Source: Acidobacteriota bacterium
GTDB taxonomy: Bacteria > Acidobacteriota > Thermoanaerobaculia > Multivoradales > J023
Reading direction: 5' to 3'
Assembly: GCA_029263395.1 (NCBI GenBank)
Contig: JAJCXO010000206.1
Coordinates: forward strand, 690 to 64,689
Length of the DNA: 64,000 nt
Made by a program: the position numbers and the translations under genes. Below are positions 8,741 to 18,746 of the stretch, piece after piece. The first letter of the stretch is position 1; every line of letters starts with the position of its first letter. Below the pieces are notes generated by a model. The model made no database searches. It was not told the origin of the DNA and saw only the letters and a list, made by a program, of their open reading frames with translations.

Positions 8741-10175
8741 TCGCCGTGACCAATTGAGTCATCAACGCGGCGATAGCGACGTCGGGCTCGGAACTTTCAC
8801 CCTTGATCCGCAGTTCGGTTTCGAGCACCAACCACGGTAGACGAGCCAGCAGGTCTCGATCCATCTGTGACGCGGTCATATAAGCGCGGTGAAGGCGAAA
8901 CGGGTGGAGTCCTGCGAGAGGATTCTTGCCGATCTCTAGATCACCTTGTAATTGTGCTGCCCATCGAGTCTTGAATTGGTTGTAGTTGCTGACCCCGGCC
9001 GGTATCCGACGCAACCGGGCAACACCCGCCACCGCCGTCAAATGGCGACAGAACCCTGCAAGCAAACCGAAAAACGACAGTCGTGCCGAGATCAGATCAC
9101 CTGATGACGTCAGGTAGCGCTGGTATCGCTCCAAGGCCTCCCGGGCGCTGCCCTTGCCGATTGCATCAAGAATCTGCCACACATCCTGCTCGCCACGATC
9201 CTCAATTGATGAGACCACCATCTGACGGGTGATTTGCCCACTTCCTGCTTGAGCAGCCAGTTTGCGAAACTCGCCTGCAAAACGTGCTGTCGACTCGGAG
9301 TCGACACCGCGACTCTGCCAACCACTCTCTTGGCGCAGGGTGCGGCGAGCGAGTTCGCTCACGGCTGAGCTCGCAATGGACACCGAGGTTTCTGCCGTCA
9401 GCTGATCCGTAAGAGCTTTCAAGCCTTGCCAATCACCACCTCGACCGGCCGAAACCTGTCCGACATCGAGGAAAGCACCGCGTTGGTTCAGAGCTACGAC
9501 GACCGGATGATCCTTGGCGACTGCGTGTTCCGCCAAAACCAGAACGTGGCCTTCCGGCAATCCGTTGGCGACGATATCGCCGAGCTCCGCCAAGTCTCCC
9601 TCGGCATAACCTTCGAGACCAGCTTGTCGCGCCGCTTCCAGCAGCCCCGCCAAACCATCGCGCAAATTCGTTGCCTGCTTCGCTGTTCGGCCACGTCCGG
9701 AGCGCTTCTTGCGGAAGGCGGCACCACCTTCCACCGCCCACTTCGGCAACGAGCTGATCACGTCAGCCGGCTCCCCAGCCGTCGCATCCAGCCCGAAAAC
9801 CCTTAACGCCTGGAGCAAACGGGACGCACCTTCGAGCCCGGCGGTATCGAGCTCGCCAGACACTGGCAGGGCATTCTCTGCTTGATCGATCAACCCAGCC
9901 GCGGAGCTTCTGTCGGCGAAAATCGCGGTGTCGACCACCAACATGATCTTGGCTGAAGCGAACAGCGAAAATGTCTTCAGATTTTGAAAGACATCCCCGA
10001 GGCTGCCTGGGCGCCGCCTACTTTCGACATCACAGCCGGCTGCTTTGGCCAGACCATCGGCTAGCTTCTGGGCCTGTGGCGTGGCGACTACCAGATCACC
10101 GCTCACCAAATAGACCGGACTACCGTCCCCCTCGGCGGCGGCTTGCAACAATCTGTCGACGCTTGGCTTGGCCAT
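8691..10175 (-). CDS. holA: DNA polymerase III delta subunit (HolA)-like protein
   Basis: PVYLVSGD, TFSLFAS, DVWQILDAI, LHPFRL, ETELRIKG resemble the HolA layout; longer than usual. Confidence 0.6.
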   Translation of the reverse strand: MAKPSVDRLLQAAAEGDGSPVYLVSGDLVVATPQAQKLADGLAKAAGCDVESRRRPGSLGDVFQNLKTFSLFASAKIMLVVDTAIFADRSSAAGLIDQAENALPVSGELDTAGLEGASRLLQALRVFGLDATAGEPADVISSLPKWAVEGGAAFRKKRSGRGRTAKQATNLRDGLAGLLEAARQAGLEGYAEGDLAELGDIVANGLPEGHVLVLAEHAVAKDHPVVVALNQRGAFLDVGQVSAGRGGDWQGLKALTDQLTAETSVSIASSAVSELARRTLRQESGWQSRGVDSESTARFAGEFRKLAAQAGSGQITRQMVVSSIEDRGEQDVWQILDAIGKGSAREALERYQRYLTSSGDLISARLSFFGLLAGFCRHLTAVAGVARLRRIPAGVSNYNQFKTRWAAQLQGDLEIGKNPLAGLHPFRLHRAYMTASQMDRDLLARLPWLVLETELRIKGESSEPDVAIAALMTQLVTAINVSPPRADRRSRRSP

Positions 10176-10268
10176 CGACCTATCCCACCAGACTTTAAGG
10201 CTCGTGTCGACAGGTGATTGTAACTATCCGTTCTGAAAATCTGATGACGAGTGCCGAATCAGCCCTTG

Positions 10269-11741
10269 TCAGCTACCATCCGGCGAAGAAGCCTCCGGCG
10301 AAGTAGCCTCCGACCTACCTTGCTCCCGGGCACCGTCTTCTGGAACACCGTCTTCCCGAAGACTGTAGCCGCCCCAGACTGGCGCCGTAACCACACCGAT
10401 CTCTTCGGCCTTCAGTTGCTCTTCCTGAAATGCCAATTCGACAGAATTCCATGAACCACAGGCCTCACAACGATCCTGCCATTCCGCAGACTCAGCGCCG
10501 CAGGCTTGGCAAACGTAGCTCGCAACCGAGACACCGAGTCGTTTAAGACAGGTCAGGTAGCGCGCTACCGCTCCAAGTTGATCGTTACGGCGCTGCCGGA
10601 TGCGACCGAGCAAGAAATGATAGGTCGGTGACACGTCGAGACGCTCGCCGATCGCCTCGAGAACCTTCAATGCTTCATCGTGCATCTCGAGTCGATAGTA
10701 GAGCCGCCCGAGGAAAAAACGGACCAACAAGTCGTCCTCGGCCTGGCCTAAGAGGGAACGTAGCGTCTCGATTGCACGTGCGGGTTGCTCAGCCTCGATG
10801 TAATGGTCTTCCATCCGCTGCAAATACACCGGACTGCCGGTCCGTTTGAAGCCGCGGCGCCACTCATCCAGAGCTGCGTCTTCATTGTCTTGTAAGAGCT
10901 CAGCCTCCCCCAGCATGATCCCTGCGGGAATAAAGCGGGGCTCTTGATCCAGCAGGCCCTGAAAAACTGCCGCGGCTTCATCCGGGCGATCTTTTTCCAG
11001 CAACTCGACACCACTCTGATAGGTCAGTCCTTGCGAAATCGTTCGCTCGCGCTCTACAGCAGAGGTGTCACCAGCATCCCCGAGCAAAGTACTGACCTTG
11101 TCGTGCCAACGTACAGCCTCGTCCCACTTTCCGGAGGCCATACATTGGTCGCGGCGCAGACGCATAACGTCCAAGCCATGGGTCGGGAAGTCTCGCAGAA
11201 TCCGGTTGCGGATCTCGTCAGCAACCTGGACATCACCCGTCGCATCATAGTCTTCCGCCAATTGGTAAAGCAGCGCCACACTTCGAGGGTAGAGTACCGA
11301 GGCCCGACGATGAATTTCGAGCGCTTCTTCCGTCTTACCTTGGTGCCGCTGCACCTGACCCGCTCGTAACATCGTGGCAAAATGCTCGGGCCGTTCGGTG
11401 AGCAGGCTACTGAGCGCTGCGGATGCTTTCCCGAATTGCCCGTCCACGTGGAAATCGACCGCACGGCGGAAACGATGATCAAAACTGTCGGCCTCGCGGC
11501 TTCGCCGACGCTGGCGACGCTGCGACAGATCTTGCTTCAGCGAAGAGACCAGGAGGGCGGTCACTGGCGGCAACAGGCCGGCCAAGAAAACTGCCAGCAA
11601 TACAGCGTAAAGCGGCATGCTGAGCTGCGATCCCAATTGGAATGGCAGCACCAGCAAATCAATGTTGAGCGGAGTCAGAAAAGACACATAGACGACGATC
11701 AGAACGCCAAGCAAAATGCCAACATACGTTCGGATCTGCAT
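10269..11741 (-). CDS. lapB: LapA-like membrane domain fused to LapB-like TPR and rubredoxin-like zinc-ribbon protein
   Basis: Two N-terminal TM helices, TPR repeats, C-terminal YVCQACG...WQDRCEACGSWNS. Confidence 0.7.
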   Translation of the reverse strand: MQIRTYVGILLGVLIVVYVSFLTPLNIDLLVLPFQLGSQLSMPLYAVLLAVFLAGLLPPVTALLVSSLKQDLSQRRQRRRSREADSFDHRFRRAVDFHVDGQFGKASAALSSLLTERPEHFATMLRAGQVQRHQGKTEEALEIHRRASVLYPRSVALLYQLAEDYDATGDVQVADEIRNRILRDFPTHGLDVMRLRRDQCMASGKWDEAVRWHDKVSTLLGDAGDTSAVERERTISQGLTYQSGVELLEKDRPDEAAAVFQGLLDQEPRFIPAGIMLGEAELLQDNEDAALDEWRRGFKRTGSPVYLQRMEDHYIEAEQPARAIETLRSLLGQAEDDLLVRFFLGRLYYRLEMHDEALKVLEAIGERLDVSPTYHFLLGRIRQRRNDQLGAVARYLTCLKRLGVSVASYVCQACGAESAEWQDRCEACGSWNSVELAFQEEQLKAEEIGVVTAPVWGGYSLREDGVPEDGAREQGRSEATSPEASSPDGS

Positions 11742-11786
11742 ACTGCGTGTCAGGCCCTAATGCCAGGGCGCCTGCTGTGGCTCGCC

Positions 11787-12176
11787 TCAACCATTCAAGA
11801 TTCCTTTTTCCTCCAACTCTTGGCAGGCTATACAGTACCGCGCCCAGGGCAGGGCTTTCAAGCGTGGTAGGCCAATCGGCTCGCTGCAATTTTCACAGCG
11901 ACCGTAGCTACCCTTGTCGATTCGCTGGTAGGCATCTTCGATGTAGATCAGCATCTGCCGCTCGTTATCGGACAAAGAAAACATCAATTCGCGGTGAAAA
12001 GAGTTGTTGGCGCGATCGGCAAAATCGTCAGAATTGTCGTCGGTCGACTGTTTGCCGGCCTCGACGTCATGCTCATAGAGATCGAGCATCTCCCGTCGCT
12101 TGGCGTCGAGACATTCGCGTAAGCTCGCGATAGCAGTCGTACTGTGGAGCTCCTCTACCTTGCTGGTCATCGGCAC
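11787..12176 (-). CDS. dksA: TraR/DksA family C4 zinc-finger regulator
   Basis: DFADRA, YGRCENCSEPIGLPRLKALPWARYCIACQ. Confidence 0.85.
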   Translation of the reverse strand: MPMTSKVEELHSTTAIASLRECLDAKRREMLDLYEHDVEAGKQSTDDNSDDFADRANNSFHRELMFSLSDNERQMLIYIEDAYQRIDKGSYGRCENCSEPIGLPRLKALPWARYCIACQELEEKGILNG

Positions 12177-12399
12177 GTTTCTGCTCCCTAAGCTGGCGTA
12201 TTGGAAGTCTAGCCTTCACGCTCCTGCGACACCTTCATACGGGATGATGCATGCCTAGTGCAGGAACCCGGTTGACCCGTCCGAGACGCATCTCGGCCAG
12301 GGCTACAAGAGGAGGAGACATGAACTCCGTTTCGCTTCTTCGATCGACTTCAGAGCTCTACACTCCCCCAGCCGAAATCCGGATCGCTCCGGTTAACGT

Positions 12400-12876
12400 T
12401 CAGAACGCCGAGCGGTGGTACTTTATTCCTCGATCGATGCAGATAGCTCGATATATCTGCTCATAGAGCACCAACCGAGCCAACTCGTGCCCAAAGATCA
12501 TCGGCCCGAAAGACAAGCGCCGCCGAGCTTGCCGCACGACCTCCTCGTCTAATCCGAGATCCGATCCGATCAGAAATACAATCGGGTGAGGCCACTCGTC
12601 AGCCAGCCGGCGAAGCTCGCTGGCAAATTGTTCGGAGCTCGATGCCTTGCCTCTCGGATCGAGAACGATTGTCCAACTGGGGTCGGGTAGTCCAGCCAGC
12701 ATAGCCTCACCTTCAGCCTTACGACGAGCTGGGTCCCCACCCTTCGACCTGACTTTGATCCACTGATCTCGAATCGATGCATAACGCCGGATCCGCGACC
12801 GGTAATCCTCGCACAAGGTCTCCCAAGGCTTGCGCTGATGCCGCCCCGCCCACACGATCCGCAGCTCGCGAGCCAC
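12400..12876 (-). CDS. rlmH: 23S rRNA pseudouridine-1915 N3-methyltransferase
   Basis: LDPRGK.SSEQFA, FLIGSDLGL, HELARLVLYEQIYRA, GIKYH; GTG 12876 gives 158 aa, typical length. Confidence 0.9.
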   Translation of the reverse strand: MARELRIVWAGRHQRKPWETLCEDYRSRIRRYASIRDQWIKVRSKGGDPARRKAEGEAMLAGLPDPSWTIVLDPRGKASSSEQFASELRRLADEWPHPIVFLIGSDLGLDEEVVRQARRRLSFGPMIFGHELARLVLYEQIYRAICIDRGIKYHRSAF

Positions 12877-12904
12877 TCCTTCAGCTCTTGGCGAAGCGCC
12901 GCAT

Positions 12905-13477
12905 CTAACCGACCTGAGCGTCTTCGTCGTCGGACTCGGTGAGAAACTCTTCCCATTCGGCACCGAAAGCCAGTGAGCGCATATCGCGCATCCGGTCGAG
13001 GAAGACAACACCGTTCAGATGATCGTACTCGTGCTGGACGATTCGCGCTGCGTATCCCTCAGCTCGATAGTCGAGTATTTTGCCATGGCGATCGAGAGCG
13101 TGGACTCGAACGCCAAAGTGGCGCGGTACCAGACCTCTAAGATCCGGAATCGACAAGCAACCTTCCCAGTCGTAGACAAGCTCGCCCGCAATCGGCTCGA
13201 GAGCCGGATTGATCAAAGCCACAAGCTCAGGATCGTCGGCCTCTTCACCCTCGGCCGCAGGCTCGGCATCCGGATCAACCACGGCATAGACAAAAAGCTG
13301 CAGCGAGAGACCGATCTGTGGCGCCGCCAAGCCAACACCACCCGCCGCCAACATGGTCTCGAACATATCGTCGACCAGGGCCTGCATTTCAGGATCGGAC
13401 AGACGCTCGGCAACCACCGGCTGCGCCGGGGTACGGAGTGCTGGGTGACCAAGGCGAACAATCGAGCGAACCGGCAT
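12905..13477 (-). CDS. def: Peptide deformylase
   Basis: GVGLAAPQIG, EGCLSIP, QHEYDHLNG motifs. Confidence 0.96.
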   Translation of the reverse strand: MPVRSIVRLGHPALRTPAQPVVAERLSDPEMQALVDDMFETMLAAGGVGLAAPQIGLSLQLFVYAVVDPDAEPAAEGEEADDPELVALINPALEPIAGELVYDWEGCLSIPDLRGLVPRHFGVRVHALDRHGKILDYRAEGYAARIVQHEYDHLNGVVFLDRMRDMRSLAFGAEWEEFLTESDDEDAQVG

Positions 13478-13595
13478 TCGAACCTCCTCCTCCGCATTCT
13501 AACCTGTGCTTCACGTCGGCCTGCCACTCGAATGTCGAACAATCACTATGACCGTCACCGATGGATCACCGAGTTGGCCATGGTATCCTGTCGAC

Positions 13596-14588
13596 ATGGC
13601 ACCTTCTCGCGACCAGGAGCTCCGACAGAAACGACGCAAGCGCTTAGTCCGCGGCTTGCTGATGGGTGGTGCGGCGATTGGCGTTCCGGCGTTGTTCAAC
13701 GCCTTGGTCTCCAAGCGGGCAAAACAATTGACCGCTCCAGCTTGGGGCGAGGGCGAGACATTCCGTTGGAAACAAGGGGACGTGTGCTTTCAGCGGCTAG
13801 GAACGGGCCGACCGCTGTTGCTACTGCACTCCCTCGGTCCTGGACACAGTTCTACGGAATGGCGTCGAGCCGGCGAGTTGCTGGCCGAACATTACGAGGT
13901 CTTTGCACCGGATTTATTGGGTTGGGGACAATCGGACAAACCCACCTTGACATATGACAGTGAGCTCTACATCGACCTGATCGGCGACTTCACCAAACGG
14001 GTTGTCGGCGACCGGCCGATCGCGGTTGCAGCCGGCCTGCCCGCTGCCTATGTGACTCAACTGGCGATCGATCAGCCGGAGCTATTCCGTGCCCTGGCGC
14101 TGGTCGTGCCGGTGGGGATCGAGCTGCAAAGTGATGAACCCGATTTCAAAGACGCCATCGTCCACTGGCTTCTCCGCCTACCGGTCCTGGGCACTTCTGC
14201 GCTCAACGTCTACACCAGCCGAACCGCGATCATCAACTACTTGCGACGAGAGGTTTATGCGGTACCAGCGCGGGTTGACGACACTTTAGTAGATCGCCAC
14301 TACCGCAACAGTCACCAGCCAGGAGCACACGGAGCGCTGGCCGCTTATCTCAGTGGCTACCTCAATCACAGTGTGCGCGAGATCCTGGATAGCGTCGACA
14401 TTCCGGTGTGGTTGGGCTGGGGACGGCAGGCAGCAGCGCCGGAGGTGGAGTCGGCCGACCTCTGGCTTCGACAACTCGACGGCGCCGAGCTCGAAATCTT
14501 AGAGCACTGCGGAATCTTGCCGCACACCGAAGCGCCTGACGAGTTCGTCAAACGCCTCCGGCATTTTCTCAGCTCCCTCGACAACTGA
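13596..14588 (+). CDS. alpha/beta fold hydrolase-like protein with N-terminal membrane anchor
   Basis: PLLLLHSLG, APDLLGWGQSDKP, ILPHTEAP; the nucleophile elbow reads AAGL, so it may be non-catalytic. Confidence 0.75.
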   Translation: MAPSRDQELRQKRRKRLVRGLLMGGAAIGVPALFNALVSKRAKQLTAPAWGEGETFRWKQGDVCFQRLGTGRPLLLLHSLGPGHSSTEWRRAGELLAEHYEVFAPDLLGWGQSDKPTLTYDSELYIDLIGDFTKRVVGDRPIAVAAGLPAAYVTQLAIDQPELFRALALVVPVGIELQSDEPDFKDAIVHWLLRLPVLGTSALNVYTSRTAIINYLRREVYAVPARVDDTLVDRHYRNSHQPGAHGALAAYLSGYLNHSVREILDSVDIPVWLGWGRQAAAPEVESADLWLRQLDGAELEILEHCGILPHTEAPDEFVKRLRHFLSSLDN

Positions 14589-15416
14589 GCAGGTCTCTCT
14601 ACCCACCAGGTTGTCACCCAACTGGTCTTCGCCTGACAGGTCTTCGCCTGACAGGTCTTCGCCTGGTTTGTTGACCCTCGCTGGATCGTCGATCCGGTAA
14701 GCAGTTGCCCGATTGATCGCGGTCGCAACTTTTCCCGCCTCGCTTCGAACCTCGGAAGCGAGTTGCAGAGACAACAAGAACTCACCTTTCTCGAGGGCTA
14801 GCTCAGCCTCCGTCAACGACTCGAGTAATGCGTCGAGATCGGATCGCATCTTCAGGATTTCGATCCAAGTATCCTTTCCCCGCGGTGAACGCCAATAGGC
14901 TTCGGAGGCACGGTCGAGCGCCTCGTGGGCACCGGTGACGGCCTGGCTTGCATCGCTCCGAGCCCGCACTACCGCCGCCGCTGCTTCAGCCCGCACCATG
15001 CTGGCCGCCGTTTCTGCCTTCATCAAAAGCTGTCGCGCTCGCCGGTGGGTGCCCAAAAACCAGGGCCTGCCACGCTGCGCCTCCTGCTCAGCTCGGGTCC
15101 TAGCCAACAACTCCTCCGCACGTGCGAACGCATCCGGTACATATTGTTCGGCGTGATAGGACCGCGCCTCGTCCAACAACCGGGCAATTGCCAACACGCG
15201 TTCTTCGGAAGTCCGGGCACAGGCCAGACTCAAGCACGACAACCCCAGGGCCCCAAGCCAAGCGGTAGGAGCACTCAGTCCTTTGGGCAGTCCCGACCTC
15301 GTAGATCCATTCGGCATCATCCGTCTCCCATTCAACATCGCAGCTAGATCAAGCTCCCAAGTCTGCGGAGTCCCATCAACGTAAACGTCTTGATTAGGGA
15401 TATAGCCATTCATCAC
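14499..15416 (-). CDS. Hypothetical helical lipoprotein (DUF4398-like)
   Basis: Lipobox-like LSLAC, Ala-rich helices (AEQYVPDAFARAEELL); overlaps the convergent hydrolase by 90 bp; TATAAT 6 nt before GTG 15416. Confidence 0.5.
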   Translation of the reverse strand: MMNGYIPNQDVYVDGTPQTWELDLAAMLNGRRMMPNGSTRSGLPKGLSAPTAWLGALGLSCLSLACARTSEERVLAIARLLDEARSYHAEQYVPDAFARAEELLARTRAEQEAQRGRPWFLGTHRRARQLLMKAETAASMVRAEAAAAVVRARSDASQAVTGAHEALDRASEAYWRSPRGKDTWIEILKMRSDLDALLESLTEAELALEKGEFLLSLQLASEVRSEAGKVATAINRATAYRIDDPARVNKPGEDLSGEDLSGEDQLGDNLVGRETCSVVEGAEKMPEAFDELVRRFGVRQDSAVL

Positions 15417-15477
15417 AATGTGATTATAGCATGCAGCTGTCCGAGCGCAACCTCCTTGCTACCTTCTCCTCGAACCA

Positions 15478-16080
15478 TCAACTAGCGTCGGCGGGCTTAG
15501 GTGTCAGAGCCGATAAGATGTCGCGAGGTTTGAACTCATCGAAGCAACGTCGACAACGTGCCTCATAGGATTCAGTGTCGCCAACTTGCACTTGCTCGCC
15601 GCCACCAGCGGTCCGTTGGCTGTAGTGGGCTGGCGCCCCACAACGCACGCAAATCGCATGGACCTTGTCGACGTACTCAGCGGTCGCAAGGATTGCTGGC
15701 ATCGGACCAAAAGGCTGCCGCCGGAAGTCTTGATCGAGCCCGGCCACGATGACCCGAACGCCGTGGTCGGCTAAATCGTTGAGTAGATCGGCGAGCCCTT
15801 TGTCGAAGAACTGAGCCTCGTCGATGCCAACCACCTGCACACCCCAATGCAGCTTCTTTCTGAGCTCTCGGCTATCCACGACAGCTTCGGCATCGAGTTC
15901 CCGATTGTCCCTGGTCACCACCCGTTCGCCTTCATGGCGAGTGTCCACGCCAGGGGTGAAAACCTGCACTCGCTGGCGAGCAATAACGGCACGTCGCATC
16001 CGCCGCACCAGTTCTTCGCTCTTGCCGGAGAACATGCCGCCAGCAATAACCTCGATATGACCGTTTGATCGCTCGTCCAT
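15478..16080 (-). CDS. tdk: Thymidine kinase
   Basis: GGMFSGKSEEL, IDEAQFF, AGLDQDFRRQPF, CVRCG...YEARCRRC. Confidence 0.95.
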   Translation of the reverse strand: MDERSNGHIEVIAGGMFSGKSEELVRRMRRAVIARQRVQVFTPGVDTRHEGERVVTRDNRELDAEAVVDSRELRKKLHWGVQVVGIDEAQFFDKGLADLLNDLADHGVRVIVAGLDQDFRRQPFGPMPAILATAEYVDKVHAICVRCGAPAHYSQRTAGGGEQVQVGDTESYEARCRRCFDEFKPRDILSALTPKPADAS

Positions 16081-16207
16081 GGGATTCTCCTGCCTGACAA
16101 CTCGCCACGACGCCGATTGCCACACCGGCGCGGCGCGACATCGTATCGCACTCACCGAGCTTTGCCCACGGGCTCGGCACCCGAGGGGTCAATCAATAGA
16201 CGGCGGG

Positions 16208-16909
16208 TCAGACACTACCGGCAAAAAAGGTGTGCAACTTGCTCAGATCCAATTCGGCAATCGAATCAACAACCCGATCGGCAGCCTCCAACTCGGTTGC
16301 CGGATAAGTCTGCGCTACGCCCAAGGTGCTCATGCCACAAGCGGCTGCCGCCGCCAATCCTGCAGGCGAGTCTTCGATCGCGACCACCTCGTGGGGGTGA
16401 ATGAGGCGCGTCGGCAAAGGCGGCAGCGCATTCAGATTCTCGAGCCCGCGGCGGTACCCCTCTGGATCGGGCTTACCGACCTCCACATCCTCGGCGGTGA
16501 CTAGCGTCTTGAAACGATTGCGTAGACCGAGTTGCTCGAGAGCACCTTCCACCTCATCACGCAGCGCTCCGCTCACCACACCGAGAGTCATACCGCCATC
16601 TGACGTTGCGGTGATCAACTCCGCCGCCCCAGGGAAGGTCGGGAAGCCCTGCTGCCGAATCCGAGCGTGGTAATACGCCGACTTGCGGGCGATCAATCGC
16701 GAGACTCGATCTGGGCTGACCGGACTCCCAGCGGCCTCTAAAACTGCCTGAAAACAACCGCGATCGTCGAACCCTAAATAGTCGGCGTAGTAGCTCTCCG
16801 AACTCAGCTCGATCTCTTCCTCAGCCAGTACTTTCTGGAAGAGCTCGAGATGGATCGGTTCATCGTCCACCAAGACACCGTTGAAGTCGAACAGAATGGC
16901 CCGCAACAT
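16208..16909 (-). CDS. HAD family phosphatase
   Basis: LFDFNGVLVD, GKPDPEGY, IEDSPAG. Confidence 0.88.
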   Translation of the reverse strand: MLRAILFDFNGVLVDDEPIHLELFQKVLAEEEIELSSESYYADYLGFDDRGCFQAVLEAAGSPVSPDRVSRLIARKSAYYHARIRQQGFPTFPGAAELITATSDGGMTLGVVSGALRDEVEGALEQLGLRNRFKTLVTAEDVEVGKPDPEGYRRGLENLNALPPLPTRLIHPHEVVAIEDSPAGLAAAAACGMSTLGVAQTYPATELEAADRVVDSIAELDLSKLHTFFAGSV

Positions 16910-17052
16910 CGTCCGATGATATCGAAACCAGCGCTTCGGAACCGCATCTAAGAGAGTGCTTTCATTGACATTGGCCAAGACATCCCGGTATCTTCCATTA
17001 GCGCACATGCCTCGTCCGTGGAAATGACAGCATCTGAAAGGAGCGAGGATCC

Positions 17053-17451
17053 ATGGCAACCACCGAATCAGTAGCCAACACATCCGAAAACACACCCGAA
17101 GTTTTGACGGGTTCCACTGAGGTTCCGGTCACGGTCACCAAGAAGGCGGCCGATATGGTCAGAATCACCAAAGAACAGGAAGGTATCGACCCGTCCTACG
17201 GGCTGCGCATCGCCGTACGCGGCGGCGGCTGTAGCGGGTTCGAGTACGCCCTCGACTTTGAAGAAGACGTGAGAGACAACGATCTGGTCTACGAGCAGGC
17301 GGGCCTCAAGGTTATCGTCGACCCGGTCAGCGCCCGCTACTTGGCGGGTACCGAAATCGACTACTCGCTCGGGATGAGCGGTGCTGGGTTCAAGTTCAAC
17401 AACCCCAACGCTATCGGCACCTGCGGCTGCGGCTCGTCGTTCACTGTCTAG
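17053..17451 (+). CDS. A-type Fe-S cluster carrier (IscA/ErpA/HesB family)
   Basis: GGGCSGFEY and C-terminal TCGCGSSF. Confidence 0.93.
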   Translation: MATTESVANTSENTPEVLTGSTEVPVTVTKKAADMVRITKEQEGIDPSYGLRIAVRGGGCSGFEYALDFEEDVRDNDLVYEQAGLKVIVDPVSARYLAGTEIDYSLGMSGAGFKFNNPNAIGTCGCGSSFTV

Positions 17452-17507
17452 ACAGCACTCGACTAAAACGGGCCAGCCTAAACAAGGCTCCCACCAACGC
17501 ATCATCG

Positions 17508-17540
17508 ATAGGTCGAAGAGGGTTTCCCTTTTTGGCCTAT
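17508..17540. terminator. Hairpin between convergent iscA-like and ygfZ-like genes
   Basis: ATAGGTCGAAGAGGG-TTT-CCCTTTTTGGCCTAT. Confidence 0.55.
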
Positions 17541-17588
17541 TGTGATTCTTGGCCGGCGGGCGTGCTGGGTTGAGACCGGCCCCGGAAT

Positions 17589-18707
17589 CTAGGCGTCGAA
17601 GGGTAACTCTACGATCCGGGCGCTACCACCACCTTCGACCTCGATATCGGCACCCACCGCTGCCCTTTGGTGAAGGATAGACAGGCCAATACACTGGCCG
17701 TTCGAGGTTTCGACGACGCTCGTCACCACGCCGGATTGACGGCCTTCGCTCAGCAGCGGCTTCCCGACCAGATCGGTTGCTGCCATCGACGCTTCATCAT
17801 CGAATACGAGCCCTCTTAAATGACGGTTGACGCCACCACGGTAGTGGATCCGCGCCACAACCTCCTGCCCGAGGTAACAGCCTTTGGTATAGCTCACTCC
17901 CTGGTCTTCGAGGCCAGTCTCCTGCGGAAAGTTCTCTGGGCCAAAATCGACGCCGAACAACGGGCGACCGGCTTCGACCCGCAACCGTTCGTATGCTCGA
18001 TAGCCAGCCGGTGTCGCACCAGCTTGTATCAACGCGTCGAACACCGCGGGGGCGTCCGCCGAGTCTGTCCACAGGGTCCACGCTTCGGACCGTGCTCCAG
18101 GTCCATGCAATGGCTGGCGCACCAAGCGGACACCGCAGCCACTGAAGGTGGTTTCGAGGTGCTCGTAATCGCCTGACGGCAACCCGTCGAGACCCAACAC
18201 CGACTTGGTCTCGGGCCCGATCAAGGTCAAGGGCACACGATCTTCGAGGGGCTGGATCTCCACCCGGTCGACGATCACATACTTTCTCAAGTGGGCCGAG
18301 ATCTCAGCACCGAGGCCCGAAGGTAGCTCGATCCACAGACGATCCTCGAGCGCCAGGACCGTCAGATCTGCCATCACCCGCCCCTTGACCGTCGTCACGA
18401 ATCCGTAGACACCTTGCCCAGACTCGAGGCTTTTGACATCGCACGTCACCAGGCCGTTGAGAAACCGTCCTCGATCCTCGCCGGTCATCTCAATCCGCGA
18501 TATCCACGACCGATCGACCACTGCGCAGCCTTCACGCATCGCGCTAGCCTCCGCATCGACATCACCATACTCAGCCGGCACGTCGACACCTAGATAGGGA
18601 GCGAGGCGAGCTCCGAGATCCACGTGTACATCAGCCAACGGAGTGACGGTTTGGTCGGAAGGTCCATCCACAACATCCATATCGGGTGACTCTTGATTGG
18701 TGCTCAT
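17589..18707 (-). CDS. ygfZ: YgfZ/GcvT family folate-binding protein
   Basis: KGCYLGQEVVAR signature; FLNGLVT; adjacent to an A-type Fe-S carrier. Confidence 0.85.
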   Translation of the reverse strand: MSTNQESPDMDVVDGPSDQTVTPLADVHVDLGARLAPYLGVDVPAEYGDVDAEASAMREGCAVVDRSWISRIEMTGEDRGRFLNGLVTCDVKSLESGQGVYGFVTTVKGRVMADLTVLALEDRLWIELPSGLGAEISAHLRKYVIVDRVEIQPLEDRVPLTLIGPETKSVLGLDGLPSGDYEHLETTFSGCGVRLVRQPLHGPGARSEAWTLWTDSADAPAVFDALIQAGATPAGYRAYERLRVEAGRPLFGVDFGPENFPQETGLEDQGVSYTKGCYLGQEVVARIHYRGGVNRHLRGLVFDDEASMAATDLVGKPLLSEGRQSGVVTSVVETSNGQCIGLSILHQRAAVGADIEVEGGGSARIVELPFDA

Positions 18708-18746
18708 CACGTCATCCTAACAAGCTAGGAACGATAAGATTGGATG

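Noticed and set aside
12177-12399. Possible ncRNA or riboswitch between rlmH and the dksA-like gene
   Set aside because: No recognisable tRNA, 6S, SRP or riboswitch consensus by eye; an Rfam/Infernal scan would be needed
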